Assembly: GCA_963827475.1 (NCBI GenBank)
Contig: CAWHAZ010000005.1
Coordinates: forward strand, 704,001 to 768,000
From: an uncultured Chloroflexia bacterium
GTDB taxonomy: Bacteria > Chloroflexota > Limnocylindria > QHBO01
Direction: 5' to 3'
Length of the DNA: 64,000 nucleotides
The notes beneath the pieces were generated by a model. That model ran no database searches. It was not told the DNA's origin and saw nothing but the letters and a program-made list of their open reading frames with translations. The position numbers and the translations under genes were made by a program. Shown here in pieces: positions 30,732 through 41,212 of this stretch (its first letter is position 1; the number at the start of each line of letters is the position of its first letter).

Positions 30732-33700
30732 GTGGTCCGCTGCCCCTCCTGCCACCGCGAGGTGGCCGATGGCTTCGCGTTCTGCCCGCACTGCGGTTCG
30801 GCCATGGTCGCCGGCCCGGTCGCCGGGGACGAGCGCAAGCTCGTCACGCTCCTGTTCGCCGACGTCGCAGGCTCCACCGCGCTGGCCGAGGCCCTGGATG
30901 CCGAGGTTGTCCGCGACCTGATGGGGGAGTTCTTCGCCCTCGCTCGCACCGAGATCGAGTCACGCGGCGGTACGGTCGAGAAGTTCGTCGGTGACGCGGT
31001 GATGGCGGTCTTCGGCGTCCCCGTGGCCCACGAGGATGACCCGATTCGGGCGATGCGTTCGGCATTGGCCATCCGATCAGAGCTTGAGGCGTTGAACGAG
31101 CGGCGGCGGGCAGCGGGCGGGCCCGACCTCCACATCCGGATCGGCGTGAACACCGGCGAGGTGGTGGCAACGACCGCGCCGCGCCCGGGCGAGGGGATGG
31201 TCACTGGCGACTCCGTGAATGTCGCTGCCCGCCTCCAGCAGCTGGCCGAACCGGGGCAGATCGTCGTCGGGGAGCGGACGGCGGCCGCCGCTCCGTCGTT
31301 CACCACCAGGCCACTCGGGCCGCGCCAGCTGAAGGGCAAGGCCGACGAGACCGCGGTTCTCGAGCTGGTCGGCGAGGTGGCAGGGGCGCCTGATCGGGGC
31401 GTCCCGGGCCTGCGATCGCCCCTCGTCGGACGCGACCGCGAGCTCGAGCTGCTCGTCTCGCTGTACGAACGAGCGGCAGGCGAGGCACGCCCCCACCTGG
31501 TCACCGTCTATGGCGAACCGGGGGTCGGGAAGAGCCGCCTGACGGTGGAGTTCCTGGCCGCCCTGTCGACGCGGACCGACGCGCCGACCGTGCTCCGCGG
31601 TCGGTGCCTGTCGTACGGCTCGGGGGTGACGTTCTGGCCGCTGGCCGAGATCCTGAAGACGCAGGCTGGAGTGCTCGACAGCGACCTCCCAGCCGATGCG
31701 GCGGCCAAGGTCGAGGCCTACGGTGCCCGCGTCCTCTCAACCGAGGTGACGCCAGACCCCCAGCGGAGCACCGCGTTGCTGGCCTACACGGTCGGGATGG
31801 CGGTGCCCGGCTTTGAGTTCGGCCACCTGGAACCCGATCAGCTGCGGGCCGAGATTCACGGCGCCTGGCGGGCCCTGTTCTCGGCCCTCGCCCAAGCGGC
31901 ACCTCTCGTCGTGGTCGTGGACGACATCCATTGGGCGGATGCCGCTCTCCTCGATCTCCTCGAAGACCTTGGCGATCGGGTCCAGGGTGGCGCCCTGTTT
32001 CTCTGCCCGGCCCGCCCGGAGCTCACCGATCGCCGTGCGGCGTGGGGCGGTGGCCGGCGGAGTTTCTCGAGCGTGGTCCTCGATCCGCTGCCGGCGGACG
32101 CGACCGGACAACTCGTCGATCACCTGCTCACGGTCGAGGACCTTCCCGAGGATCTCCATGCGCGGATCGTCGAGCGCGCGGGCGGCAATCCGTTCTTCGT
32201 CGAAGAGATCCTCCGACACCTCATCGACGGCGGGCACATCGTCCGCACGGCGACTGGCTGGCGCGCCGAGTCAGGGGTAGGCGAAGTCGCCATCCCGGAC
32301 ACCGTGCAGGGAGTGCTCGCTGCGCGCATCGACCTCCTTGACGGCGCCGAGAAGCGGGCTCTCCAGGCGGCGGCGGTCGTGGGTCGCGTGTTCTGGCCGG
32401 CCCCGGTGGCGCGATTCCTCGGATCCCGGCCCTCGGACCTCGACGGTCCGCTTCGCAGCCTCGAGGCCGCGACCTCGTCCTCCCACGACTGGCCTCGACG
32501 ATGGCGGGGCAGCCGGAGTTCATCTTCAAGCACGCCCTCGTCCGTGACGTCGCCTACGAGAGCATTCCACGCCGGGACCGGGCCGAGGCGCATCTCCAGG
32601 TGGCGGCGTGGATCGAGGAGGTCATCGGCGAGCGGCGACTGGAAGTCGTCGAGCTGCTGGCCTACCACTATGCGGAGGCCCAGCGCGCCGTCGCTTGGGC
32701 GAACGTCGAACCAGACAGGCGGGACGAGATTCGGGCGCGCGCCGTGACCGTTCTCTACGAGGCTGCCTGGGAGGCGGCTCGCCATGTCGCCATGGAGCGG
32801 GCCCGCGAGCGCGCGGAGACGGGACTCGAGCTGGCGAGCGAGCCCTCTGGAGCGGGCCCGCGGACTGGAGATCCTCAGCCCCTTGCACCTGTGGGTCGAT
32901 GACGGTGATCTCGCATGGCGCCTGGCATGCGAGGCCATCGACCTGCGGTCGGCCGCCGGGCCGCGGGACGCCGAAGAGCGCCGGGCCATCGCCGCGGCAT
33001 GCGTCCAAGCGCTGGCGATCCCGACCCGATGGCCGGGGATCATGCGCACGCTCCCGACCCGTGACGAGGCGGCTCCGTACCTCGAGCTCGGCATGCGCAA
33101 CCTGGCCGAGGGCGACAACGAGGAACGCGTCGGGATGCTCATGGCGCAGGGCGCCTGGAGCTGGGGATTCGGCGAGGCGATCACCGATCCCGACGTCCTG
33201 GCCGCTGACCGCCGTGCGGCCGAGGAGGCGGTGGCGATCGCCCGGCGGATGGGGAATTCCCACCTGCTGTCGGGAGCGCTCGACACGCTTGGGGCCACCG
33301 GCAGTCTGCTCGATGGGTATCGCGGGGTCTTGGCTCCCCAGCTGGAGCGTCTGGAGCTCATCCCGCAGTTGGATGACGTCGCGGAAATCACGGATATCTA
33401 TGGCACGAGCGCCTGGGGCCTGGCCCACATCGGCGAATTCCGACGGGCAGCCGAGTTCGGTCAGCTCGGGCATGCAGGTGGTCGAAGAGATGCGGCACTT
33501 GAACTACGTCCCCGGCGGGTTCCTCGGCTTCAGTCAATATCCGGCTCGGCGAATGGGACCGTTTCTGGGACACGTTCGGCCGGGTCGATGCCCTGTTCGC
33601 CGCTGATCGGGCCCTGCGCTACCACGCCTTTCGCATCTACGGCGTGGCGGCGTACATCAGCGAGATCACCGGGGACTCCGATGGGGCGGATCGGTTCATC

Positions 33701-34261
33701 CAGCGACTCGACGGTTCGCAGGAGGCACTCGGCGCGGTCGGCGTATCCGGCGCGCGGCGTGGATCGCCGGTGTCCTGGTCCGGCGCGGCTTGTTCGCCGC
33801 GGCTCGTGAGCGATTGGCCGTCGTCGATCCTGTCCGCGAAATCCAGAATCGCGATCTCGATTACGAAGCGTGGGCCGATCTGATCGCAGCCGAGGGCACG
33901 TGGGACGAGGCGCCGCCGGTGGTCCGTGGATCGCGCGAATGGGCGGCGAGCACGGGGCTCCGGTTCCTTCCCGCGGTCGCCGATCGGCTCGACGGGCCAG
34001 GCCGCGCTGGCCGCCGGCCGATCCGCAGGGGGCGATTCCTGCCCTCGAACAAGCCCGGACCACCTTCCTCGAGCTCGAGGCTCCGTGGGACCGCGCCAGG
34101 ACCGAGCTCGCCCTCGCCCGTGCCCTCGCGGCTGTCGGCCGGCCGGCGGAGGCGCGCCGAGCCTGGCGCGCGCCGCACTGGACACGTTCACGAACCTTCG
34201 CGCGACGCGCGAAACGGGGGAGGCCGAAGGACTGCTGGCGGAGACCGCCGCACCGGCCTGA
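30732..34261 (+). CDS. Zn-ribbon + class III adenylate/guanylate cyclase + AAA/STAND ATPase + helical-repeat protein, multiply frameshifted
   Basis: CPSC..FCPHCG, LFADVAGST, KFVGDAVMAVFG, GDSVNVAARLQ, GEPGVGKS, DDIHWAD, GNPFFVEE, FKHALVRDVAY; C-terminus spread over several frames to 34261. Confidence 0.85.
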
Positions 34262-34324
34262 GCGTGACCGTTCTAGGTCGGCGACCGAGCGCGCGCGAGT
34301 GCGCGAGATGCTCGAGCGGGTCCC

Positions 34325-35569
34325 CTACGGGAGGTTGGCGAGCAGCTCGCCCAGCGATTGTTCCAGGCGGTCGTACCCGAGGTGGGCCTGGCCGATCGCG
34401 AAGTTGTGCTCGGCGTCCGCCTCGATCTGCGCCGGATCGGCGAGGAGGGCGCGGACGGCCGCGGCGGTCGCATCGGTGACCACGCCGTCGATCTCGACGA
34501 ACCGGAAGCCGAGCGGGCGGATATCGGCCTCATACACCGGGTAGCGGTTCACGAACACCGGCTTGCCGAAGAACACCGCCTCGAGCAGCGCGTTGCCGAA
34601 TCCCTCGTACAGGCTGGGATAGGCGATGAGATCGGCAGCGACATACGCCTCGGTGAGGGAGTGCGCCGGTCCGATCGGCCGGCCCTCGTGGTCGGGCGCG
34701 AACCGGTCAGCCGCGTAGCGCAGGTTGACCTTGGCGCGCTCCGCTCGCCGCTCGAGGGAGATCAGGTAGTCGAGGCCCTCGTCGCCGGCGGGACTGGTGA
34801 TGAGCACCACCGCGTCGGGGTCGCCGACCTTGCCGGCGAGGTCGATCGTCAGCTCGATGCCCTTGCGCGGCACGACCCGCGTGGGCTGGACGATGAGGAG
34901 CCCGGCCTCGCCCATGCCGAGCTCGGCCCGCATGTCCCGCCGCACATCCGGGCGCGGCGCCGGGCGCGGATGGTCGAAGTCGAAGACGTTGGGGATGACC
35001 GTGGAGGCCGCGCCGGTCCGCTGCTGGAGACTGGCCGCGGCGAGGGAGCTGATGCTCACGTGCCGAACGCGCGGAAGGATCGGCGGAAAGGCCGCATCGA
35101 GGACATCGGGAACGACGCAGTGGGCGAAGCGTTCGCGCTCCCACCAGTAGTCGTGGTTGTGACTGATCGTCGGCAGGCTCGTCTTCTCGACGAGCTCGCG
35201 CAGGGCCACGGCCAGCGGCAGCTGCATCGGGATGGCCCACGCGTTCTCGACGATCAGCAGTTGGAGGCGCTCGGTCTCGACCCAGGCGTCGAGCACGGGA
35301 AGCAGCTGGTCGGCCAGGCGCTGGATCTCGCGCCGCACGGCATCCGCGTCACTGTCCGGGTCGAAGGCGGCGGCCGTGACCCGGGCCGCCGGAGGGTGCG
35401 CGAAGTGCATGGCCGGCACCAGCCGGGCGGTGGAGCGGAGGGCGTCGACCTCTCCGGCGCAGAGGCGCACGTGGTGCCCCATCCGTTCCAGGACCACCTC
35501 CCACTTGGCGGTCTCGAAGGTCACGCCGTCAACACCGGCCAGCCGGGTGGCCACGATTCCAATCCGCAT
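34325..35569 (-). CDS. GT4-family glycosyltransferase (mannosylglucosylglycerate synthase-like)
   Basis: RLAGVDGV..ET.KW, HDYWWER, PTRVVPRKGIE, YPSLYEGFGNALLEA. Confidence 0.85.
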   Translation of the reverse strand: MRIGIVATRLAGVDGVTFETAKWEVVLERMGHHVRLCAGEVDALRSTARLVPAMHFAHPPAARVTAAAFDPDSDADAVRREIQRLADQLLPVLDAWVETERLQLLIVENAWAIPMQLPLAVALRELVEKTSLPTISHNHDYWWERERFAHCVVPDVLDAAFPPILPRVRHVSISSLAAASLQQRTGAASTVIPNVFDFDHPRPAPRPDVRRDMRAELGMGEAGLLIVQPTRVVPRKGIELTIDLAGKVGDPDAVVLITSPAGDEGLDYLISLERRAERAKVNLRYAADRFAPDHEGRPIGPAHSLTEAYVAADLIAYPSLYEGFGNALLEAVFFGKPVFVNRYPVYEADIRPLGFRFVEIDGVVTDATAAAVRALLADPAQIEADAEHNFAIGQAHLGYDRLEQSLGELLANLP

Positions 35570-35627
35570 GGACCGATCCTAGCGACCCTCGAAGGTCCTT
35601 CGAGCCGGTCGCTACACTCCCCGGGCC

Positions 35628-37070
35628 ATGCCGCCATCCCAGTCGCTGCCCGTGGTCGCCATCGTCGGCCGCCCGAACGTGGGCAAGTCGACGCTGTTCA
35701 ACCGCATGGTCGGGGAGCGTGCGGCCATCGTGGAAGACACGGCGGGCACGACCCGGGACCGGGTCTATGGCGAGTCGGACTGGAACGGCCGCCGGTTCAT
35801 GATGGTCGACACCGGCGGGCTCGAGCTCGAGCCGGGCACGAGCATCGAGGAGCGGGTCCAGGACCAGGCACGGGTCGCGATCGAGGAGGCCGATGTCGTC
35901 CTGTTCGTGGTCGACGCCGCGGCCGGGCTGGCCCCGCTGGACCACGAGGTCGCGGACCGCCTGCGACGGGCGCACCGCCCGACGATCCTGGTCATCAACA
36001 AGGCCGACAACCCGCGACGCGAGGCGGAGGGCGCCGAGTTCTACGCGCTCGGGTTCGACCCGGCGATCACGATCAGCGCCCAGCACGGGCGGAACACCGG
36101 AGACCTCGCCGATCTCATCGTCGAGCACCTGCCACCGGCTCCGGCGGAGCCGGAGCCATCGGTCTCCGTGGACGACCTTGCGGACGACCCGCCGACCGAT
36201 GACGAGCTGGCCGAGCTGGCGGAGACCGATGTCGGTCCGCCGCGGGTGGCGATCGTCGGCCGGCCGAACACCGGCAAGTCGACCCTGGTCAACCGCGTCC
36301 TCGGCCACGAGCGGATGATCGTGAGCGACGTGCCGGGCACGACCCGGGACGCGATCGATGCCGAGGTCGTGGTCGAGGGCGAGCCGATGGTGCTGGTCGA
36401 CACGGCCGGCATCCGGCGCCGCGGCTCCATCCAGCGTGGGACGGAGAAGTACAGCGTGCTGCGCAGCCTGAAGGCGATCGATCGAGCGGACGTGGCGGTG
36501 GTCCTGACCGATGCCATCGAGGGCTTCACCGCCCAGGACGCCCACGTGGTGGGGTACGTGCTGGAGGCGGGCAAGGGCCTGGTCCTGGTCATCAACAAGT
36601 GGGACGCGATCGAGCGCGACGAGAAGACCGCCGACGACTGGCTCCGGAAGCTGCGGCGCGACGCCCCCTACCTCGAGTGGGCCGAGATCATGTTCGCCTC
36701 CGCCCTGACCGGGCACCGGGTGGACCGCATCCTGCGCCAGGCGCGCCGCGTGGCCGAGGAGCGCTACCGACGGGTGCCGACCGCGGACGTCAACCGGGTG
36801 GTCGGGGACGCGGTCGCCGCCCATACGCCGCCCACGGCACGGGGGAAGCGGGCACGGGTCCTGTACGCCACCCAGGTCGCGGTCGCGCCACCGACGTTCG
36901 TGATCTTCGTCAACGACCCCGAGCTGTTCCACTTCTCGTACCGGCGCTACCTCGAGAACCGGCTGCGGGACGCGTTCGGCTTCGCGGGCACGCCAATCCG
37001 GCTCCGGTTCCGTGCCCGGGCCAACGGGGAACGCCCGCGCCGGGGCCGCGCGCGGGCCTCGGCCCGCTAG
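35628..37070 (+). CDS. der: Ribosome biogenesis GTPase Der
   Basis: Two G domains (GRPNVGKS/GRPNTGKS, DTGG/DTAG, NKAD/NKWD) and KH tail SYRRYLEN. Confidence 0.97.
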   Translation: MPPSQSLPVVAIVGRPNVGKSTLFNRMVGERAAIVEDTAGTTRDRVYGESDWNGRRFMMVDTGGLELEPGTSIEERVQDQARVAIEEADVVLFVVDAAAGLAPLDHEVADRLRRAHRPTILVINKADNPRREAEGAEFYALGFDPAITISAQHGRNTGDLADLIVEHLPPAPAEPEPSVSVDDLADDPPTDDELAELAETDVGPPRVAIVGRPNTGKSTLVNRVLGHERMIVSDVPGTTRDAIDAEVVVEGEPMVLVDTAGIRRRGSIQRGTEKYSVLRSLKAIDRADVAVVLTDAIEGFTAQDAHVVGYVLEAGKGLVLVINKWDAIERDEKTADDWLRKLRRDAPYLEWAEIMFASALTGHRVDRILRQARRVAEERYRRVPTADVNRVVGDAVAAHTPPTARGKRARVLYATQVAVAPPTFVIFVNDPELFHFSYRRYLENRLRDAFGFAGTPIRLRFRARANGERPRRGRARASAR

Positions 37071-37094
37071 CCGGCGCGGCGTACCCTTCGCCGC

Positions 37095-38094
37095 GTGACG
37101 GAGCGGATCGCGGTCATCGGCGCCGGGGCGTGGGGGACGACCCTCGCCCGCATGCTGGCCGGTGCCGGGCATCCCGTCACGTTGTGGGCCCACCGGCCCG
37201 AGGCGGCGGCCGAGATGGCCCGCGACGGCCAGAACCGCCGCTACCTGCCCGACCATCCCTTTCCCGAGGGCCTGACCGTGACCGGCGAGGCGGCGGACCT
37301 CGGCGGCGCGCACGAGCTGTATGTCCTGGCCGTGCCCTCCGCCCACGCCCGGGCCACGCTGCAGCGGATCGGCGCTTCCTTGGCGCCGGGCGCCCCGTTC
37401 CTGTCGGTGGTCAAGGGGATCGAGGCCGGCAGCCAGGCGCGGATGAGCGAGGTGATCGCGGCGGAGGCGCCGGGTCGGGAGGTGGCCGTCCTCTCCGGGC
37501 CGAACCTGGCGGCGGAGATCGCCGCCGGTCGACCGGCCGGGTCGGTCGTGGCGGCATCGGATGTCGGACTGGCGGAGGAGGTGGCCGGCCTGCTCGGCTC
37601 GGATCGGTTCCGGGTCTACACCAACCCCGACCTCGTCGGCGTGGAGCTGGCGGGTGCCCTGAAGAACGTCATCGCCCTGGCGGCCGGGATGGTGGACGGC
37701 CTCGCGCTGGGCGACAGCGGGAAGGCGGCGATCATCACCCGCGGGCTGGCCGAGATGACCCGCCTGGGGGTGGCGGCCGGGGCCGATGCCCGCACGTTCG
37801 CCGGCCTCGCCGGCGTCGGAGATCTCATCGCCACCTGCATGAGCCAGCTGTCGCGCAACCGGCGCGCCGGGGAGCTGCTGGCGGCCAACCTGGCCTGGGA
37901 CGACGTCGCGGCGCGCCTCGGCGGGGTGGCCGAGGGGGAGTCGACCGTGACCGGCGCGATTGCGCTGGCGCGAGCGGCACGGGGTCGAGATGCCGATTGC
38001 CGAGCAGGTGGACGCGGTGATCCACCGCGGCCGCGCCCCGCTCGAGGCGCTCGCCACCCTCATGGCCCGCGCCCAGAAGGACGAGCTCAGCTGA
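37095..38094 (+). CDS. gpsA: NAD(P)H-dependent glycerol-3-phosphate dehydrogenase, frameshift near 37975
   Basis: GAGAWGT, SGPNLA.E, ALKNVIA, GLAGVGDL..TC.S..SRN; tail MPIAEQV..LMAR.QKDE in a shifted frame. Confidence 0.93.
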
Positions 38095-40156
38095 TCTTCG
38101 GGGCCCCGTTGAGGTGGTACGGGACGTCGATCACGACCGTGTTCGCGCGCCAGAAGAGGCGCAGCTTGAGCCGGAGCGCCGTCTGGTTGTGGAGCGGGTA
38201 CTCCCACAGGTGGCGAGGCACGAACTCGGCGAGGACGACCGTCGTCGGACGGGTGGGGTCCATGGTCTCGGTGGCATCCAGGTAGGCGAGCAGCGGGGCC
38301 ATCAGGGCCCGGTACGGTGACTCGAGGATGACGAGCTTGACCGGGCCGCCCCACGCCTCCCATCGCTCGCGCATGGCGATCACCGCCTCGCCGTCGGTCG
38401 CGACGTGGACCGCGGTCACGTCATTCGAGATCGCGCGGGCGTAGGCCAGCGCGCCCAACGCGGCGCGGTCGATGCGGCTGACCGGGACGACCACCCGTGG
38501 CTCGCGCTGGGGCAGGGTCTCGCCGGTCTGGGTGACGGCGAGCATCCGTTCCACCGATCGGTAATGGCCATGGATGGCGGCCATGAGGCCCACCAACACC
38601 GGGATCAGGAGCAGGACCACCCACGCCCCAAGCCCGAACTTCGCGGCGCCGACCATGACCGCGACCGCCCCGGTCACCACGGCGCCGGCGCCGTTCAGCG
38701 CCGCCCGCCACCGCCAGCCCTGCTGCTCGAAGCGCAACCGCCACCAGTGGACGACCATCCCGGACTGGCTCAGGGTGAACGCGATGAACACGCCGATCGT
38801 GTACAGCGGGATGAGGTTCGTGACGCTGCCCTCGAAAGCGACGATCAGAAGCGCCGCCAAGCACCGACGAGGACCATGATCCCGACGCTGAACGACAGCC
38901 GGTCGCCGCGGAACTGGAACTGCCGCGGCATGAACCCGTCCTTGCCGAGGATGCTGGCCAGCCGCGGGAAGCCCGCATACGCGGTGTTGGCGGCGAGCAC
39001 CAGGAGCAGCGCCGTCGTCAGCTGCATGGCGTAGTGGAAGGGGCTGCCGGCGCCGACGAGGGTGCGCGTGATCTGGCTGATGACGGTCTCCTGTTCGGTC
39101 GGGTCGGGCACGATCCCGAGCTGGCTGGCGAGGAAGCTGATGCCGAGGAAGATCGTCGCGAAGAGCGCACCCATCATGATGCAGGACGCGCCGCGCGTTG
39201 CGTTGTCTCCGGCGGCCTGAAGGCCGGCACGCCGTTGGAGACGGCCTCGGTCCCGGTCAGCGCCACGGATCCGGACGCGAAGGCGCGAAGGATGAGCAGG
39301 ATGCCCGAGCGCCTGCGATCCATGGGCTTCGGCCCAGCCTGGCGGCGGGACATACGGTGGGAAGCCCATTCGCCGGCGTACAGCCAGAGGCCCAGGCCGA
39401 TCAGGGCGTAGATCGCCGACCAGGTAGACGAAGATCGGGAGCGCGAACACGTTCGCGCTTTCCCGGATGCCCCGCAGGTTGCCGATCCACAGCACCGCGA
39501 CGAAGCCGACGCCGAGCAGCACGCGGTAGTCGAACAGCCCGGGAAAGATCGATGTCAGGGCGGCCACCCCGGCCGCGATCGAGACGGCCACGGTGAGCAC
39601 GTAGTCGGTCATCAGCGCTCCCGCCGCGATCAGTCCCGCGCGGCGGCCGAGGTTCTCGCTGAGCCACGATGTACGAGCCGCCGCCGTTCGGGATAGGCGT
39701 GGATGGTCTGCTGGTAGCTGGTGACGACCACCGCCAGCACGATGACGATCGCGATGGTGAGCGGCATGGTGAGGGCCAGCGCGCCGGCCCCGGCCAGGAC
39801 GAGGACGCGCATGATCTCCTCGGTGGCATAGGCCGACGAGGAGATGTTGTCGGAGGCGAACACCGCCAGCCCCTTGACCGGCCCGACCCGCTCGTCGAGC
39901 TCGCGATCGCTCGCGATCCGGCGGCCGATCGCCACCCGCTGGAGGCGATGCGACCGCGCGGGCGACGAACGCCGGTGGGCTCGAGCACCCGCTCGGAGGC
40001 GACGAGGTGGCCCGGCGCCTCGCGCCGGAAGTCATCGGCGAACGGCTCGACGACCCGGACGTAGTGGTCGCCCGCGAGCCGGCCCTGGATCGGTCGGAGC
40101 TGGCGCAGATCGTGCGCCGGCTGGTGCGCGGCGTCGCCCTCCGCGGTCTCGGTCAT
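38087..40156 (-). CDS. APC-family KimA/YdaO-like K+ transporter, multiply frameshifted
   Basis: ASDNISSSAYATEE, DYVLTVAVS, NLRG.RES, AANTA..GFPRL, LIPLY.IGVF.AFTLSQ.GM, SPYR, LHNQTAL. Confidence 0.88.
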
Positions 40157-40407
40157 CGGACGGCCTCGACGGTGATGTCGCACCCGGTGTCGTCCGAGGG
40201 CCAGACGGCCCGGGCGGTGAGGCCCGCTTCCGCGGACATCGCCTGGGCGATCGGCAGCAGTCGCTCCGCGTCGTGGAACCCGATCAGGGTGACCTTCTGC
40301 GCCCCTCCGGCGACGATGAGGTCGATCGCCGAACGAACGTGTTGCAGGCCAGGATCGCGGTCGGTGATCTGCGCGCCGACGGTGATCGGTATGGCTGAGG
40401 CATCCAT
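40153..40407 (-). CDS. Small hypothetical protein translationally coupled to the KimA-like gene
   Basis: 84 aa; GAGG SD before ATG; stop overlaps the next ATG (ATGA). Confidence 0.6.
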   Translation of the reverse strand: MDASAIPITVGAQITDRDPGLQHVRSAIDLIVAGGAQKVTLIGFHDAERLLPIAQAMSAEAGLTARAVWPSDDTGCDITVEAVR

Positions 40408-40461
40408 ATCCTCACGATGTCACCGCCGCCAAGAGGAAACGGCGCTCCGACCCCTGTCAGA

Positions 40462-40479
40462 CGCTCAAGTTCCGCTCAA
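40462..40479 (-). promoter_or_regulatory. Putative OmpR/KdpE-type direct-repeat binding site
   Basis: TTGAGCG repeated with 11-bp period on the minus strand upstream of the transporter operon. Confidence 0.45.
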
Positions 40480-40495
40480 ACTCGCCCGTGCTCGG

Positions 40496-41209
40496 CTAGG
40501 GCGGATTCCGAACTCGGTAGCCGACTCCCGGCTCCGCCACGAACAGATCAGCGAGCCTTCCGGTGCGGTCCGCGGCCGCCAGCTTCTTTCGGATCTGGCT
40601 GACGTACACGTGGATGTAGTGGTCCTCGCCGGCGTACGCCTCGCCCCACACCGCGCGGAGGAGCCGTCCGCGAGTCACCAGCCGACCGGGATGCGCCACC
40701 AGCTCGGACAGGATCTGGAACTCGCGCGGCACGAGGGCCACCGGAGCGTCGTCGACCCGCACCTCGTGGCGCACCGTGTCGATCTCCAGCGATCCGTTGC
40801 GGATGACGCCGCCCTGATCGGCGGCCGCTCCTCCGGTCCGCCGGAGGACGGCGCGGATTCGGGCGTGCAGCTCGGCGGTGCTGAACGGCTTGGTGACGTA
40901 GTCGTCCGCGCCGCGTTCCAGGGCCTCGACCTTGGTGGCCTCGCCGCCGCGTGCCGAGAGGACGACGATCGGGACCGTCCCTTCCTTCCGGATCCGCCGG
41001 ATGACGTCGAGCCCGTCGCGATCGGGCAGCCCCAGGTCGAGGAGCACGGCATCCGGCCGCCGAGCCGCCCACGCGCGCAGGGCGGCGGCGGCGGTAGCCG
41101 CCTCCGCCACCTGGTAGCCGTGGCCGCGCAGATTGCGGACGAGCTCGGCGCGCGTGCCCTCGTCGTCCTCAACGAGCAGGACCGTCGGGCCGGTGGTCTC
41201 CGCCGTCAT
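40496..41209 (-). CDS. kdpE: OmpR-family response regulator, KdpE-like
   Basis: LLDLGLPD.DG, GADDYVTKPF, LL..VWG, Y..Q.R.KL, EPGVGYR. Confidence 0.88.
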   Translation of the reverse strand: MTAETTGPTVLLVEDDEGTRAELVRNLRGHGYQVAEAATAAAALRAWAARRPDAVLLDLGLPDRDGLDVIRRIRKEGTVPIVVLSARGGEATKVEALERGADDYVTKPFSTAELHARIRAVLRRTGGAAADQGGVIRNGSLEIDTVRHEVRVDDAPVALVPREFQILSELVAHPGRLVTRGRLLRAVWGEAYAGEDHYIHVYVSQIRKKLAAADRTGRLADLFVAEPGVGYRVRNPP

Positions 41210-41212
41210 CGG

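Noticed and set aside
40408-40495. c-di-AMP (ydaO) riboswitch upstream of the KimA-like operon
   Set aside because: The intergenic region is too short and I see no recognisable ydaO motifs.
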